DNA of 64,000 bases from Veleropilina oligotropha. Its lineage: Eukaryota. The position numbers and the translations under genes are program-made. Where the stretch lies: assembly GCA_048128005.1 (NCBI GenBank), contig JBEUKZ010000045.1:1-64000 (forward strand), read 5' to 3'. Below the pieces are notes generated by a model. That model was given only the letters and a program-made list of their open reading frames with translations, was not told the DNA's origin and made no database searches. This document shows positions 11,379-22,028 of this stretch, in pieces (position 1 is the first letter of the stretch; each line of letters begins with the position of its first letter).

Positions 11379-12660
11379 CCCACTGTCTAGCGGCAATAAG
11401 AAGCAAGCCCCCAACAGATATAATCACAGCCCACAGATTCTCGGCGAGCCACGACGCAGTCTTGCCGACCAGGTTGATTAGCCAGGAGACAAGGCTTCCA
11501 AGTATTCCGGGGAGCGCGGCTGCGGCCTTCCCCGCTAGTTTGCCTAGAATCCTTCCCAGGTTCTGCAGCTGCTTTTTTACCCACTCCTTGACCCCCCCTT
11601 GACCACTGGGAGGTGGTGGTGGTTGTGGTATGCTCGGCGCTCCGCCTGTCAGGGCTAGTACCAAAGTCGAGATGGCCAACCCAATAGCGGTCAGTATGGT
11701 TGCGATCGTAACCCCTTGCTCTCGGAAGAGGGTCCGAATACGCTCGGCCAGCGTTGTGTCAGAGTGGAGAATCCGATCTAGCATCTCTCGGATCCGGCTG
11801 ATTTGAGAGCGTAGGGCCTCCCGGCTGGATGAGGCTGCCTCTAGGCGAGCTTCTCGTTCATCGTTTAAGTTGCGCAGACGTTCCGCGATCCGTCGACGAA
11901 TAAACTCATCCACACCGCCCTCTTCATCGGCCCGATCGAGCTTGCTCTTCTCCAGCTCTATGTGTTCGTCCAGCGCCGTTAGTTTGGCTAAGTTGTTAGT
12001 GAGCTCGCCTCGAATGGTCTGCATCGCCTTGTCAAGTCCGCGAAGCTCGCGGAGGTTTAATGGAGGGTCCCCCATCGTGCCTAAGATCTCTTCAACCTCG
12101 GTATCAGTGAACTTCGTCTCCATCATGTGGATTGCTACCGAGGCCTCAGTAGCTGTCTGCCCCAAGTCCCGCAGTTCCACGTTGTCTACGTTAGCGGCCG
12201 CACCGCTCAACTCATCGTTGGCTGTCTGCAGAGCTGCAACCGCTTTTGAGGACAGCTTCTGTCCCCCTTTCCCCCGCTTCTCTGGCCGCGTCCATGCTTC
12301 GAATCCCAACCCTTTTCTGATCGCACTACCCCCACCTCTCCGGTTAGCTAGTGTTGACAAAGCATTGGGTTTTTTCGATCTAGAATTGATGAGATCGATG
12401 TTTGGATATTTCTTCAGCCGCAATCCCTCCCCCTCGACGTACTCGAACTGGGAATAATCACGCCACGTAGGCAAGGTCTGCCCCTCCTCCGACAGGGCTT
12501 TGTAGTAGTCATCAACCGCGTCCTTCACGAACTCTTGCCGCTGACTGCTGGTTCCTTCCTGTGGCCGTTCCGAAAGAACAGACTCAATCCAGTCCGTGGA
12601 TCCATCATCATCATCGTCGATGATGTCGGGCTCGAATGTGGGGTTCTCAAATTCCGCCAT
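11371..12660 (-). CDS. Coiled-coil protein with C-terminal hydrophobic and amphipathic helices
   Basis: 429 aa; long heptad region, then TIATILTAIGLAISTLVLAL, amphipathic GGVKEWVKKQLQNLGRILGKL and a terminal TM segment. Confidence 0.85.
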   Translation of the reverse strand: MAEFENPTFEPDIIDDDDDGSTDWIESVLSERPQEGTSSQRQEFVKDAVDDYYKALSEEGQTLPTWRDYSQFEYVEGEGLRLKKYPNIDLINSRSKKPNALSTLANRRGGGSAIRKGLGFEAWTRPEKRGKGGQKLSSKAVAALQTANDELSGAAANVDNVELRDLGQTATEASVAIHMMETKFTDTEVEEILGTMGDPPLNLRELRGLDKAMQTIRGELTNNLAKLTALDEHIELEKSKLDRADEEGGVDEFIRRRIAERLRNLNDEREARLEAASSSREALRSQISRIREMLDRILHSDTTLAERIRTLFREQGVTIATILTAIGLAISTLVLALTGGAPSIPQPPPPPSGQGGVKEWVKKQLQNLGRILGKLAGKAAAALPGILGSLVSWLINLVGKTASWLAENLWAVIISVGGLLLIAARQWVT

Positions 12661-12710
12661 TTGAATACACCGGTGGGATACGCATCTAAATCAGCCATAG
12701 CGACAACAAC

Positions 12711-14015
12711 ATGTCCAGCACGTACGGATGCACGTTGGATCCATACCGCAGACTTCGAGAGCCCCTCGGGGTCAAGGGTATCCGCCAGTCGGTCACCATA
12801 ACGAACAACCCATCCACTATTGCTGCGAACCAGCAGCTGTTGGTTCGGTTTCCCAACCTCGGGGCTCACGACGTGATCGTGCCAGGGACTGCCCACCTCG
12901 CATTCACCATTGCTCTGACCTCGGCTAACCCGAACAGGACTGTAGTTCAGAACATCGGATGCGCCGTGGTCAAGAAGACCACGATAAAGATCAGTGGGAA
13001 CGAAGTCATGTCTATAGATGACTCCGACGTGTACCACTGCTACTGCGATCTCTGGAAAACCGCAGGGGAGCGCACGAATGCCCAATATCAGGGTATTGAT
13101 ACCAGCGACAGCCACAACACTACGAAGAACCGTGTCGGCGCTGAGGGCGCATTCAGACGTTCTGAGGACACAGCTATATCGGACGCGTACGGCCCAAGGT
13201 TTCGCATCCCGCTGGACTTCGAGTTGCTGGAGAGCCACATGCCGTTCTACCAAAGTGCGTTGGGGGACCGTCTTGAGTACGAGCTTACGTTCAACGATCA
13301 CTCAAGGACGATCAGGGACACCGATGACCCCAGCTCCAGCTACGTCATCGACAATATCAGCCTGGAATACGACATGGTCACTAATCTTGAGCTTGCCAGA
13401 TCGATAAAAAACCAATACTCGGGCCGCCTCGTGATCCTGTACGATCGTGTCCTGCGGCATCGTAAGATTACGAGAGACAAAAGCGACACTTTGTGGAATT
13501 TAAATTTGAATGTACCGGCGAAATCCATGAAGGGTGTCCTACTGCTGTTTGAGGATCCCGCGAGAGACGCCGCACCATTCGCGAGGGACACCGAGGCCTT
13601 CTACAATCCGAAGATCACGAAGGTCGAGGTCACTATTGAGGGTGTGCCGAATCAACTATACAGCCAGGGCATGCGTTCCTACCAGATGTGGGACGAAGCC
13701 AGGAGATTCTTCGCCTCCTCCCCAAGCAGCAAGCGCCATCCTGAGGTGGCGTTGGTTGCCAAGGATTTGGAATTGGCGGACGTCACCCTGGGCGAGTTTC
13801 TGACTAAGAAGTTCGCCTTATTGATCGACCTCAGGGTCACCGACGACGACCAGCTGCATGGGTCAGGCCGGAAAGTAGATAACGCCAGCGAGGGCATCAC
13901 CATCCAGATAACTAAGACGGGTGAAGCAGCCGGCCCGTTGAACGTCTACGTGTTCGTGATAATGGATGCGCAACTGCATATTCAGGATGGCCGATTTGTC
14001 ACCGCGCTATACTAA
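12711..14015 (+). CDS. Major capsid protein (double jelly-roll), element A
   Basis: 434 aa beta-rich ORF immediately upstream of the packaging ATPase. Patterns FRIPLDF, LEYELTF, ISLEYD, FYNPKITKVEVTIEG, FALLIDLR and VYVFVIMDAQL match DJR capsid strand spacing. Confidence 0.85.
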   Translation: MSSTYGCTLDPYRRLREPLGVKGIRQSVTITNNPSTIAANQQLLVRFPNLGAHDVIVPGTAHLAFTIALTSANPNRTVVQNIGCAVVKKTTIKISGNEVMSIDDSDVYHCYCDLWKTAGERTNAQYQGIDTSDSHNTTKNRVGAEGAFRRSEDTAISDAYGPRFRIPLDFELLESHMPFYQSALGDRLEYELTFNDHSRTIRDTDDPSSSYVIDNISLEYDMVTNLELARSIKNQYSGRLVILYDRVLRHRKITRDKSDTLWNLNLNVPAKSMKGVLLLFEDPARDAAPFARDTEAFYNPKITKVEVTIEGVPNQLYSQGMRSYQMWDEARRFFASSPSSKRHPEVALVAKDLELADVTLGEFLTKKFALLIDLRVTDDDQLHGSGRKVDNASEGITIQITKTGEAAGPLNVYVFVIMDAQLHIQDGRFVTALY

Positions 14016-14622
14016 AAGACAGTTCCCGCACCCCAAGGACCCCCACTCCGCAATCATCTGCGGCCAGACTGGCTGTGGGAAGACGGTTTTCATGCTTGAA
14101 CTTCTGGAGGGGGAGTACCTAGGAGTGTTCCGGCATATTGTGATCCTCTGCCCAACGATCAAGTACAATAAAACATACCAGTCCTGTCCATGGATCTGGA
14201 CTGACCCTGAGGTGTACATAATCCCCCCCGGTGAGCGACTCCATGACTGGTTGCGGGGGTTCTACCGGCTGTTTCAGGGGGAGTCGACTCTGTACATAAT
14301 CGACGACTGCGCCGCCAGCAAAGCTATGGCAAAAAAACGGGACATGCTGACTTTGTTGGCCTTCAGCGGCAGGCATGCCGAACAAAGCGTATGGGTGGTG
14401 ACGCAAAAGTACAACGCAGTCTTGAAGGAGCTCAGAGAGCAGACCCGCTGGGTCGCGCTGTTCCATTGCAAGGACCGCGACAGTTTCGAGGACTGTCTGC
14501 GCGAGAACGATGTTATCTCATCCTGCGACGAGAGAACCGCAGTGCGCCGGCTTTTGGCCGAGACCAAGCATGCCAAGCTCCTGTTGAAAACTGATCAGCC
14601 CGTTGCTTATAGTGTGCTATAG
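13966..14622 (+). CDS. A32/FtsK-like genome packaging ATPase
   Basis: Walker A GQTGCGKT, Walker B LYIIDD, GRH motif and VVTQ motif. Confidence 0.93.
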   Translation: MRNCIFRMADLSPRYTKRQFPHPKDPHSAIICGQTGCGKTVFMLELLEGEYLGVFRHIVILCPTIKYNKTYQSCPWIWTDPEVYIIPPGERLHDWLRGFYRLFQGESTLYIIDDCAASKAMAKKRDMLTLLAFSGRHAEQSVWVVTQKYNAVLKELREQTRWVALFHCKDRDSFEDCLRENDVISSCDERTAVRRLLAETKHAKLLLKTDQPVAYSVL

Positions 14623-14675
14623 CAGCTACTTGGCTAGCCCTAACATCTACTTAGCAGCTACTTAGCTAGCTAGGC

Positions 14676-15842
14676 ATGTCGGACGCTGTATACATAGCTT
14701 TTGCTTGCAGCCAAAGCCTGACGTTGCTGCTACTCGTAACATTGTGGTATTGGCATTATCGCTATATTAGACTGGCGAGGAGATGTTGGAAACGCTTAAT
14801 GATGGACAGCCTCATCGATCAACTCATGGATGACGAGGAAGAAACGACCGTCTGCCAGGGCCCCCCACCCCGCTCGACGACCGAACGTGGCGAGGAACCT
14901 GAACCTGACGTAGCAAAGAAACGGGAGAGGCTTGCAGCATTAGCCGTTGGAGGACAGGCCCACCGATACATGGGGCGCAACCTCAAAGTTGACCGAATCG
15001 ACGATATGACTGATGACGAGGTTGAGAAACACCATGCACGGTATGAAGCCAAGCTCGGTGCTGACATGACGAAGACCCTGGGGACTGCCGCTATACAGCT
15101 GTATGCTGGTGCAGCTGGGATGTTTTTGCCCATTCCGCCGGAGAACCAGCTACGACTGGTCGCTGACCTCGAGGCCGACCCTTTCATCTCACATGCCCTG
15201 AGCACTGCAAGCTGTGAGCTGTATTATAAATATGGCATGTACCTCGCACCGCTGACCGCGGTGTTGACCACTGCGAAACACTGCCAATTTGGACATGTTG
15301 CCCGCCTAAAATATCGCGAGAGCGAGATCAAGATGACAACGCTGAAAGTGGACCAAATTTCGGCACCGAGCCCGCCGACAGAGAGGGTGACTTCTTCGAC
15401 AGACTCATCAGTGAGTAAAAAGGACCCTAAAAAGGACCCTAAGAAGGTGGCTGCAGGACGGGCCGGTGCTGCTGCTCGGAAAGCCAAGCAGGAGAGGCTC
15501 CTTGCCGACGTTAGAAGACTCAAAGAAGACGCTCGACAAGTATCCGTCATCGAAGTTCCTTCAGACCTACCGGAGGCACAGCCCCAACAAAAACACAGTG
15601 GTGCCCCGGCCAAGGTGACCGTGGTCGAAAAGTCAGCTACACGGAAATCGGACCCATTTAATTGGACCCAGGTAGCCGTTGCTGCCGGTACGGTTGCATT
15701 GGTATTTGTTGTCTGGAGACGCAGCAACCCTGGTTCCTCCACACCACATCAACAGCCACCAGCACAGGCGAGGCAGCCATCTGTCCCCACCCCAACCACC
15801 ACCGAATTGAAGAATGAGCACAACCCGTTCCATATGCGATAG
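14676..15842 (+). CDS. Hypothetical protein with TM segments and a basic KKDPKK region
   Basis: 388-aa ORF colinear with its neighbours; hydrophobic segments near both ends. Confidence 0.7.
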   Translation: MSDAVYIAFACSQSLTLLLLVTLWYWHYRYIRLARRCWKRLMMDSLIDQLMDDEEETTVCQGPPPRSTTERGEEPEPDVAKKRERLAALAVGGQAHRYMGRNLKVDRIDDMTDDEVEKHHARYEAKLGADMTKTLGTAAIQLYAGAAGMFLPIPPENQLRLVADLEADPFISHALSTASCELYYKYGMYLAPLTAVLTTAKHCQFGHVARLKYRESEIKMTTLKVDQISAPSPPTERVTSSTDSSVSKKDPKKDPKKVAAGRAGAAARKAKQERLLADVRRLKEDARQVSVIEVPSDLPEAQPQQKHSGAPAKVTVVEKSATRKSDPFNWTQVAVAAGTVALVFVVWRRSNPGSSTPHQQPPAQARQPSVPTPTTTELKNEHNPFHMR

Positions 15843-15854
15843 TCTCAGTACAAC

Positions 15855-16094
15855 ATGACTACCCCGATTACTGACGGAAAGATGCTCGGCAACGCCGTCT
15901 ATCACGCAGCTATAGTGTCAGGCCTTGCCATAGGCTACGCACGCCTGGTCAAGATGGTATTCAAGGGGGCGAGCCCCAAGCTGGACTTCACGGGTTACGA
16001 TGTTGGGATGGTCGTCTTCGACGTAGCGCTCGCCATGGCGACGAAAGATATGCTGATCAAGCAAGGCATCATTCCGGCCGACGTTTTGAAGTAG
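15855..16094 (+). CDS. Small hydrophobic protein
   Basis: 79 aa with two hydrophobic/amphipathic helices, in a tightly packed plus-strand cluster. Confidence 0.75.
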   Translation: MTTPITDGKMLGNAVYHAAIVSGLAIGYARLVKMVFKGASPKLDFTGYDVGMVVFDVALAMATKDMLIKQGIIPADVLK

Positions 16095-16125
16095 TGTGAC
16101 CTTGCTAGATAATCGCAGCATTTCA

Positions 16126-16557
16126 ATGGCTTCCATTGCGATGCTGGTTGGGGGCGCTCTCGTCAACGCCCTCGCCTTCAGCGGGTCCAACTTCCTCTTC
16201 TCGAAGCTACGCAGCTCCGGTGTCGACGAGGAGCGTAAACGCCACGACATTGCTGTAGAACAGCTCAACGCTGCTCAGACTAAATGGTCCCAGAAGAGGG
16301 CAGAGCGTCTCGACTGGCTGAACGTTGAACTTCGCCGCCAGGGTCACGCTGTTGGGACATTCCGAGATGTTGACGCCGCTATCCGTGAGTATGCATTGAT
16401 CACCGGCAAGAAACTTGACCCCACCGCTGTGGGAGGTGGCCCTGAGCCCCAGCTGTCCGACTACTACACGCCGAGCGATGACCAAAAGGGACGTGAGATC
16501 ACCTTCATCATCCTCGGGATGGCTGCGACCGGGTTGGTAGCCTACAAGCTCGCCTAA
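16126..16557 (+). CDS. Small membrane protein (N- and C-terminal hydrophobic helices)
   Basis: MASIAMLVGGALVNALAFSGSNFLF...ITFIILGMAATGLVAYKL; first ATG at 16126. Confidence 0.78.
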   Translation: MASIAMLVGGALVNALAFSGSNFLFSKLRSSGVDEERKRHDIAVEQLNAAQTKWSQKRAERLDWLNVELRRQGHAVGTFRDVDAAIREYALITGKKLDPTAVGGGPEPQLSDYYTPSDDQKGREITFIILGMAATGLVAYKLA

Positions 16558-16566
16558 TTTCCATGT

Positions 16567-16887
16567 TTGGACATTTTTTCGTGGGCATGTATAGTAATGG
16601 GGCTCCCAGAAGAGCTGTACTGCGCCATGCTTGCGATCAGTGGGGTGGCGCATAGTACTACGTCACTCGACTGCTGGCGCCGTGACGAAAAGACTATGGT
16701 GCGGTTCGCGGTCCTGGTGCTCTCGGGCCCGACCAACCTACGGGCGACCACTGCGCAGCGACCGGCTCCGGAAGCTGAAGCCTGTTGGAGACTGATCAGT
16801 TTACTGGAATACATTGCCAGTCTCGATGGCAGCGAGGACCGGCAAAAGAACTCGAGGGCGCGGAATGAACCGGAAGCTTGCAAATAG
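16567..16887 (+). CDS. Possible small hypothetical protein
   Basis: Fills the gap before the integrase in the same orientation. No motif, and the start is uncertain. Confidence 0.35.
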   Translation: MDIFSWACIVMGLPEELYCAMLAISGVAHSTTSLDCWRRDEKTMVRFAVLVLSGPTNLRATTAQRPAPEAEACWRLISLLEYIASLDGSEDRQKNSRARNEPEACK

Positions 16888-17863
16888 CTACTATAGCCCC
16901 CGAGGCTACTGGAAAGGGATCGCCGCGATAAAACATCTCTCGGCCGCGGTAGATGTCTCTGAAGACGTGGCCCGGGATTGGCTGAAGAAGCAGGCCATCT
17001 GGCAAATCTATTTACCTGCGCCACGGAGGATTCCAAGACCAAAATTCGACGTCGTAACGCCGAACGAGGTTCACCAAGCCGATCTCCTGTTTCTCCCACA
17101 TGACAAGGTCGGTCGTAAAACATACAAGTACGCTCTGACTGTGGTTGATGTGGCCAGTCGCTATAAAGAAGCTGAGCCATTGGCCACAAAAGAGGCCAAA
17201 GGGGTTGCTGAAGCTCTGTCTCGAATCTACAGGCGGAGTCCTCTTAGCTGGCCGAAATTGCTTCAGGTTGATCCAGGGCGGGAGTTTATGGGCGCAGTGT
17301 CCCAACTGCTGGCAACAAATAACGTCGAGGTTAGGCGTGGCCGGGTGGATCTCCATCGCGATCAAGGCATTGTGGAGCGTTTCAACCGGACGCTCGCTGA
17401 GCGGCTCTTCGGGCACCAGTATGCAAAAGAGATGCGGTTTGCAGAGTCTGCGAAAGAGGGTCAAAGGTCGACTGAGTGGGTCGCCCGGATAGCAGCTGTA
17501 GTTGCGGCCTTGAATGGGGAAGTGACCAGGCTGACCGGTAAAAAGCCCAAGGACGCCATCAAGGCACCTCGCGTTGCCCAAAAGCCAGGCGCCACTGTTC
17601 CAGGCCGACAGGGGAAGGAACAGAAACTCCCCTCTGACGTAGATGTTCGATACCTATACCAACCCGGTGAGTTGGAGGGTGGTCGCCGCCGTGCTACTGA
17701 CCCGGTGTGGTCTTTGACGGTTCACAGGCTTGGACGCTCCGTCACTAAGCCTGACGAGCCTGTGCTCTACTACTTGCTGGATGGACCACCGCGTGGCTTC
17801 GTTCGAGAGGAACTTCTCGTGGTGCCTCGTGACACCCAGTTGCCGCCGGTTCTCAGGCGTTAA
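16865..17863 (+). CDS. Retroviral-type (rve) DDE integrase, element A
   Basis: HQADLL, TVVDVASRY, LQVDPGREF and GIVERFNRTL give the D-D-E triad. No chromodomain seen. Confidence 0.95.
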   Translation: MNRKLANSYYSPRGYWKGIAAIKHLSAAVDVSEDVARDWLKKQAIWQIYLPAPRRIPRPKFDVVTPNEVHQADLLFLPHDKVGRKTYKYALTVVDVASRYKEAEPLATKEAKGVAEALSRIYRRSPLSWPKLLQVDPGREFMGAVSQLLATNNVEVRRGRVDLHRDQGIVERFNRTLAERLFGHQYAKEMRFAESAKEGQRSTEWVARIAAVVAALNGEVTRLTGKKPKDAIKAPRVAQKPGATVPGRQGKEQKLPSDVDVRYLYQPGELEGGRRRATDPVWSLTVHRLGRSVTKPDEPVLYYLLDGPPRGFVREELLVVPRDTQLPPVLRR

Positions 17864-20800
17864 CAGCTGCTGCAGCCCCTCGTTTTCGGTTACATTCCAG
17901 ACACGTTAAGCGCACGTTGTCGCGGATGTGGCCCCTGCTGTTGTCCACACGGTCGACACTGAACTGCTGTGTGTCTTTGGGCTGGTAGGCCCAGAGCAGC
18001 TCTATGTTGCATGCCGCGCAGCGGTTGTTTTGGGTGTCTTTGAGCTGCAGGATGTCATCGACCTTGAGGTTAAATCCCGGGAGATCCTTGGCCTGGTCCT
18101 GGCGTTTGTACGCCACGAGCTTTCTCTGGATGGTCTTTCGGAGCTGTTGCTTGCTCTGCTGCGCTTGGGGCGGCCTGTCCTCAGAACCCTCATCTGGAGG
18201 ACAGGTTACCCGCTCGAGCTGACGCGGCAGCTCCACCCGGGACACGGCTAGGTAGGCGAGATTACTCCACTGAAGGTAGTCATCGATGATCCAGACCCTC
18301 TGCGGGTCGTGAATCGTAAGACCCTGGCTCGAATGGATGGTGAGAGCATAGCCCAGGCGCCAATCCGTGGTCAGGATAGCCCGCTCAGCGGCGTCAATGG
18401 TGACCTCTACGACGTCGTTCAGAACTAGCTCCTCTCTTTCGTCGGTGCCCGGAATCGTTACCATGATGTTTTGCTTACGGGTGTCCCTGGGGTGGTACAG
18501 GATAGGCACCATGGAGTCTGGGAAGTGCTCCTTGTGCCTCTGGAGCAACAGCTGTTGAGCCCGTTCGCGGACCTTCTGATGGCTGGTGAGGATTAGGTCG
18601 CCTGGCCTCCAGGTGTTGACGAACCGATCCCATCCGAGGCAGCTCGGGAGAGTCCGTCGCATCTCGTCGCACTGGACTTTGTCGGGCTGGAGACGTATAC
18701 GTCTTTTCAGGGCTTGGAGGGCAGGGTCGTCTTTCGCCCTGTAGTCTACTTCGATCTCCTCATAGTAGTCCGCGGTCTTTCGCAGCCAATCGTGCGGCAT
18801 CTCGCCCGTAATCGATGGTGGCTGGCCTTGATCACCACAGCAGATAACCTGCACTTCGTGGCGGCCCAGCCAGTCCAAGAACATCTCGAGGATGTGCTGC
18901 GGAACAGTACAGACCTCGTCCCAGATAATGACGCGGGGGATGAACTTCTGACCATGCGATCAGGCGTCCAGTCATTCTGACCGCTCCATCGGAAGAAACT
19001 GTGGTAGGTCTGGGCTTTGACGCCTCTGGTTCGCATCTCTTTAGCGAGGCGGTGGGTTGGCGTGAACACGGTGGGATTCCTTGCCCGGAAGAGCTCGATC
19101 GCTCTCGTAGTCTTGCCACAGCCCCCTCCACCGTTGAGGTAACTCAGGCGATGGTGGGTCAGCGTGTCACTGTAGCATGGCGTGGTGCTTGGCGGGAGGT
19201 CCTTCTCGGACTGCGTGTACTCCGGCTTGGGCATGTATGCGGCATGTTCCTGTGGCATATACAGCTGTTCGCCCTTGTCACGCCACTGGGCTGGTGCTAC
19301 TGGCGGAAGGTACGGCTCCGCGAGCAGACAGGAGATGCACGAGTTATCGCCACAGTCGCAGAGTTTGGGGGCAACGTACACCGTGACATCGTCGAGCTTC
19401 TCCAACGAGGCCTTCTTGAGGTAGATGCTGTCAGTGGCTACCCGGACGGCTTCTGCTGCACTGAAACGCCGGAGCATGCTCAAGAGGTTTATGTGTGCAT
19501 ACCCCAACATCGCGGCCCTCAGGTGGGCGTACTGAGGCTGGGAGCCATCATAGTACGTGAGGATGTGCCCCATAGGGCACCTTTGAGGTGCGCCGACCAG
19601 GGTACCGCTTTGGCGGGTGTCTCTTACCAGGAAGTCCAGCTCTCCCTGGTCAATCACCAGTCTCCGTGTCAATCTTTTGCCATCAGCTTTGGCGCCCTGG
19701 GTGAACTTGCCGATGATACTGCATCCCTGGTCACGATTCTCAGGAAGCCAGACATCGATCTGCGTTCTGAACGCGATGATGGCTTCTCGGATCTTGAGGC
19801 TTTTTAGCAGTCCAGATTCTATGAGGAAGGCGAGCAGCGGGGTTGGTGCCCATCCATTCTCTGCAAAGTGCTTCCCGAACCAGGCGGGAATGACGGGGTG
19901 GATGTCTTGTGCGAACTCCCACCCCACGACCTCAGCAAAGCCGGTGCCGATATCTTCGGGAAGAGGACCGTTAATTGCGACCCGAGTCATGCTGTGGGTT
20001 GGGTGTCCGAATCTTTCGAAGTATGGCTTGGCCTCGCCCTGCCCCAGAAAGCTGGCAGGGTAGCAGGCTTTCATATCGATGCAGCAGACATCGCCCATGT
20101 CGTAATTCATGGAATTCCAGAGACCGCCGTGGCCATGCTCTACACAGGACTTCTGGATGTCATCGAGCAGGCTCGCCGGGGTGGGTTTCCAGCCGTTGGT
20201 CTCCTTAGCCATAATGCTAGCTGCATGGTTCACGCCAAAGGCTCGATCGGCTAGGGACTCATTCCCCAGCGCTGTACAGGCTTCTTGGAGTATCTCGTGA
20301 GTCTCTTTTGTCCTGTACGTGCGGCCGTCCTGAAGCACGAACTGGTCCACGCCGAGCTGTCGGTCTTTACCGCCTAGGAGCCAGACAGCTAATGGCTCGT
20401 TCTGTGTGGCTTGTCGGATAGCTTCCCAGACATCGCCCTCATACAGGTGGACCTCGCGAGACTGCGGGAAGTGCAGGTCCTTCGACCAGGCGTGGCCGTT
20501 GTGACAGATGAGTTCTACGTTTCTGAATGTATGGTTTCCTTGACCACGGTATTTACCACTGTTGTAGATGTCGGCACCTGCGATGTCTCGCACGATGATC
20601 GCCCGTTTCAGTATCTTCTCGAGGATGGATATATCATCCACAGTGGCGCCTGTTACATGAACTCGCTCTTCCCACTCCTGTATTTTCTGCCGCCTTGTCG
20701 GGGTGAGTCCGTTTCCTCTAAGGGCACCTTCGAAGTGCTCAACCACTCGTTGGGCAATGCAGTTGAGGTCGCCGTTCTTCATCGGAACCAGGTTGGCGGG

Positions 20801-21704
20801 GTTTGGTTCTCTGAGGATAGACGCCGTAGACGACTGCAGTGACCGGGTACGCGTTCTCGTAGTATACTTTGTCGACCCCAGTAATAGCACCCGGCTTAGT
20901 GTCCTGAGAGATCTCAAAGACACCCTGGCCCTTCTTTCTCGCAGCCTTCACCGGGTCAAACTTGTCTTCGACCACCCAGTCGCCCTCACTCCACTCACGC
21001 AAGAACTTTATCCTAAGGACATACTCGCCCTTTGGAAGGGCTGTGAGGAGCTGTGCCGCCCTTGCATCTGTCATACGGGCATCCAGGGCCAGCCGTCCAG
21101 CCACTTCTATCCTCCACGTGGAGAAGGCCGCTGCGGCGCCATCGACCTCAAACTCGTCTTTGGCGTCGCTCAAGAGTTCCACCCATGGCTCTTTTGCTGG
21201 GAGCCTTACTGGGGGAGGGACCTGGTCATCCAGGTCGATGAATCGTTGTCCCTCGGGTGTGGTAAATTGCCCTAGAAGATCCTTCTGATAGTCCTGGGCT
21301 GTCCGGGGCGTTTTGGAGATGAGAAGATCGGGCCCCTTCCGAGCAATAGCATGGGCAAGGGTCTCTTTCCGAGACCGCTTGACGATTCGATCCGTGATGG
21401 CGTGAAGTGGCTTCAGTCGAATCGTGGGATTTTTCTCAGCCTGGGATTCGTATTTACGAGCCTGCAGGGCGGCGTCGACCTCGTCCTTAATCTGCCGCAA
21501 TTCGCGAGCACGACGGCCTCTTTTGTGGGGGTTCTCCACATCTCTACGTATGGAGGGGAACCTTCCCGTTTTCATCGCTCGCTCGAGTCTCCTCCGAAAC
21601 TCCGCAGCACGGACCCTGGCGATTGCCCGGATGAGGTCGTGCTTCTTGAGCTTCGACCGAGCGGGAATCCCATAATCTTTCGCTAGATTGCGCAGGTCAT
21701 CCAT
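17853..21704 (-). pseudogene. Frameshifted multidomain replicase: N-terminal helical/TP region - vOTU-like - PolB palm - SF1 helicase - HNH
   Basis: Three overlapping ORFs join through shifts at ~20815 and ~18952. Motifs in order: GDLNC...HNGHAW; DMKACYP, SIIGKF, VATDSIY; GGGGCGKT, IIWDE, GDQGQPP, TIHSSQG, AYLAVSR; CxxC..DRVDN..H..N..CxxCN. Confidence 0.88.
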
Positions 21705-21740
21705 GTTGCTGGGGGGGTATACACTATGGACAGCGCATCT

Positions 21741-22028
21741 CTAATAGGAAATTTGGGTGAGGTATATTGCAGCCATGCGGAGAAACTCTCTCTCGAAGGC
21801 CCTGCTCTTTCGTTGACAGTCCTTAACGTTCTCATTGTGATACCCACAGCCCTGACACAGCGTAAACCGGTTGAAAACGCCCTTCCCGCATTTGCTGCAG
21901 GGTTTTGTGCCCCGGCCATTTCGCCGTTGCCGAGCCAGGTGGACTTTGCAAAACTCTCTCAGACATCTCTTACCACATAGCTCCGTGGAGCTGATGGTGA
22001 GCCATTGACAGGTGTCCGTTCCCCACAT
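21741..22028 (-). CDS. Small zinc-finger protein
   Basis: C-x10-C-x8-C-x2-H followed by CxxC-x10-CxxC. Confidence 0.7.
   Translation of the reverse strand: MWGTDTCQWLTISSTELCGKRCLREFCKVHLARQRRNGRGTKPCSKCGKGVFNRFTLCQGCGYHNENVKDCQRKSRAFEREFLRMAAIYLTQISY

Noticed and set aside
17853..19140. Helitron interpretation of the SF1/Pif1-like helicase
   Set aside because: No HUH Rep motifs; the helicase is fused to a PolB-like palm inside a TIR/TSD-bounded capsid-encoding element.
8488..21980. Many antisense and overlapping ORFs in element A (e.g. 11870-12457, 12525-13301, 16554-17189, 19001-19807)
   Set aside because: Shadow frames of GC-rich genes with no motifs.
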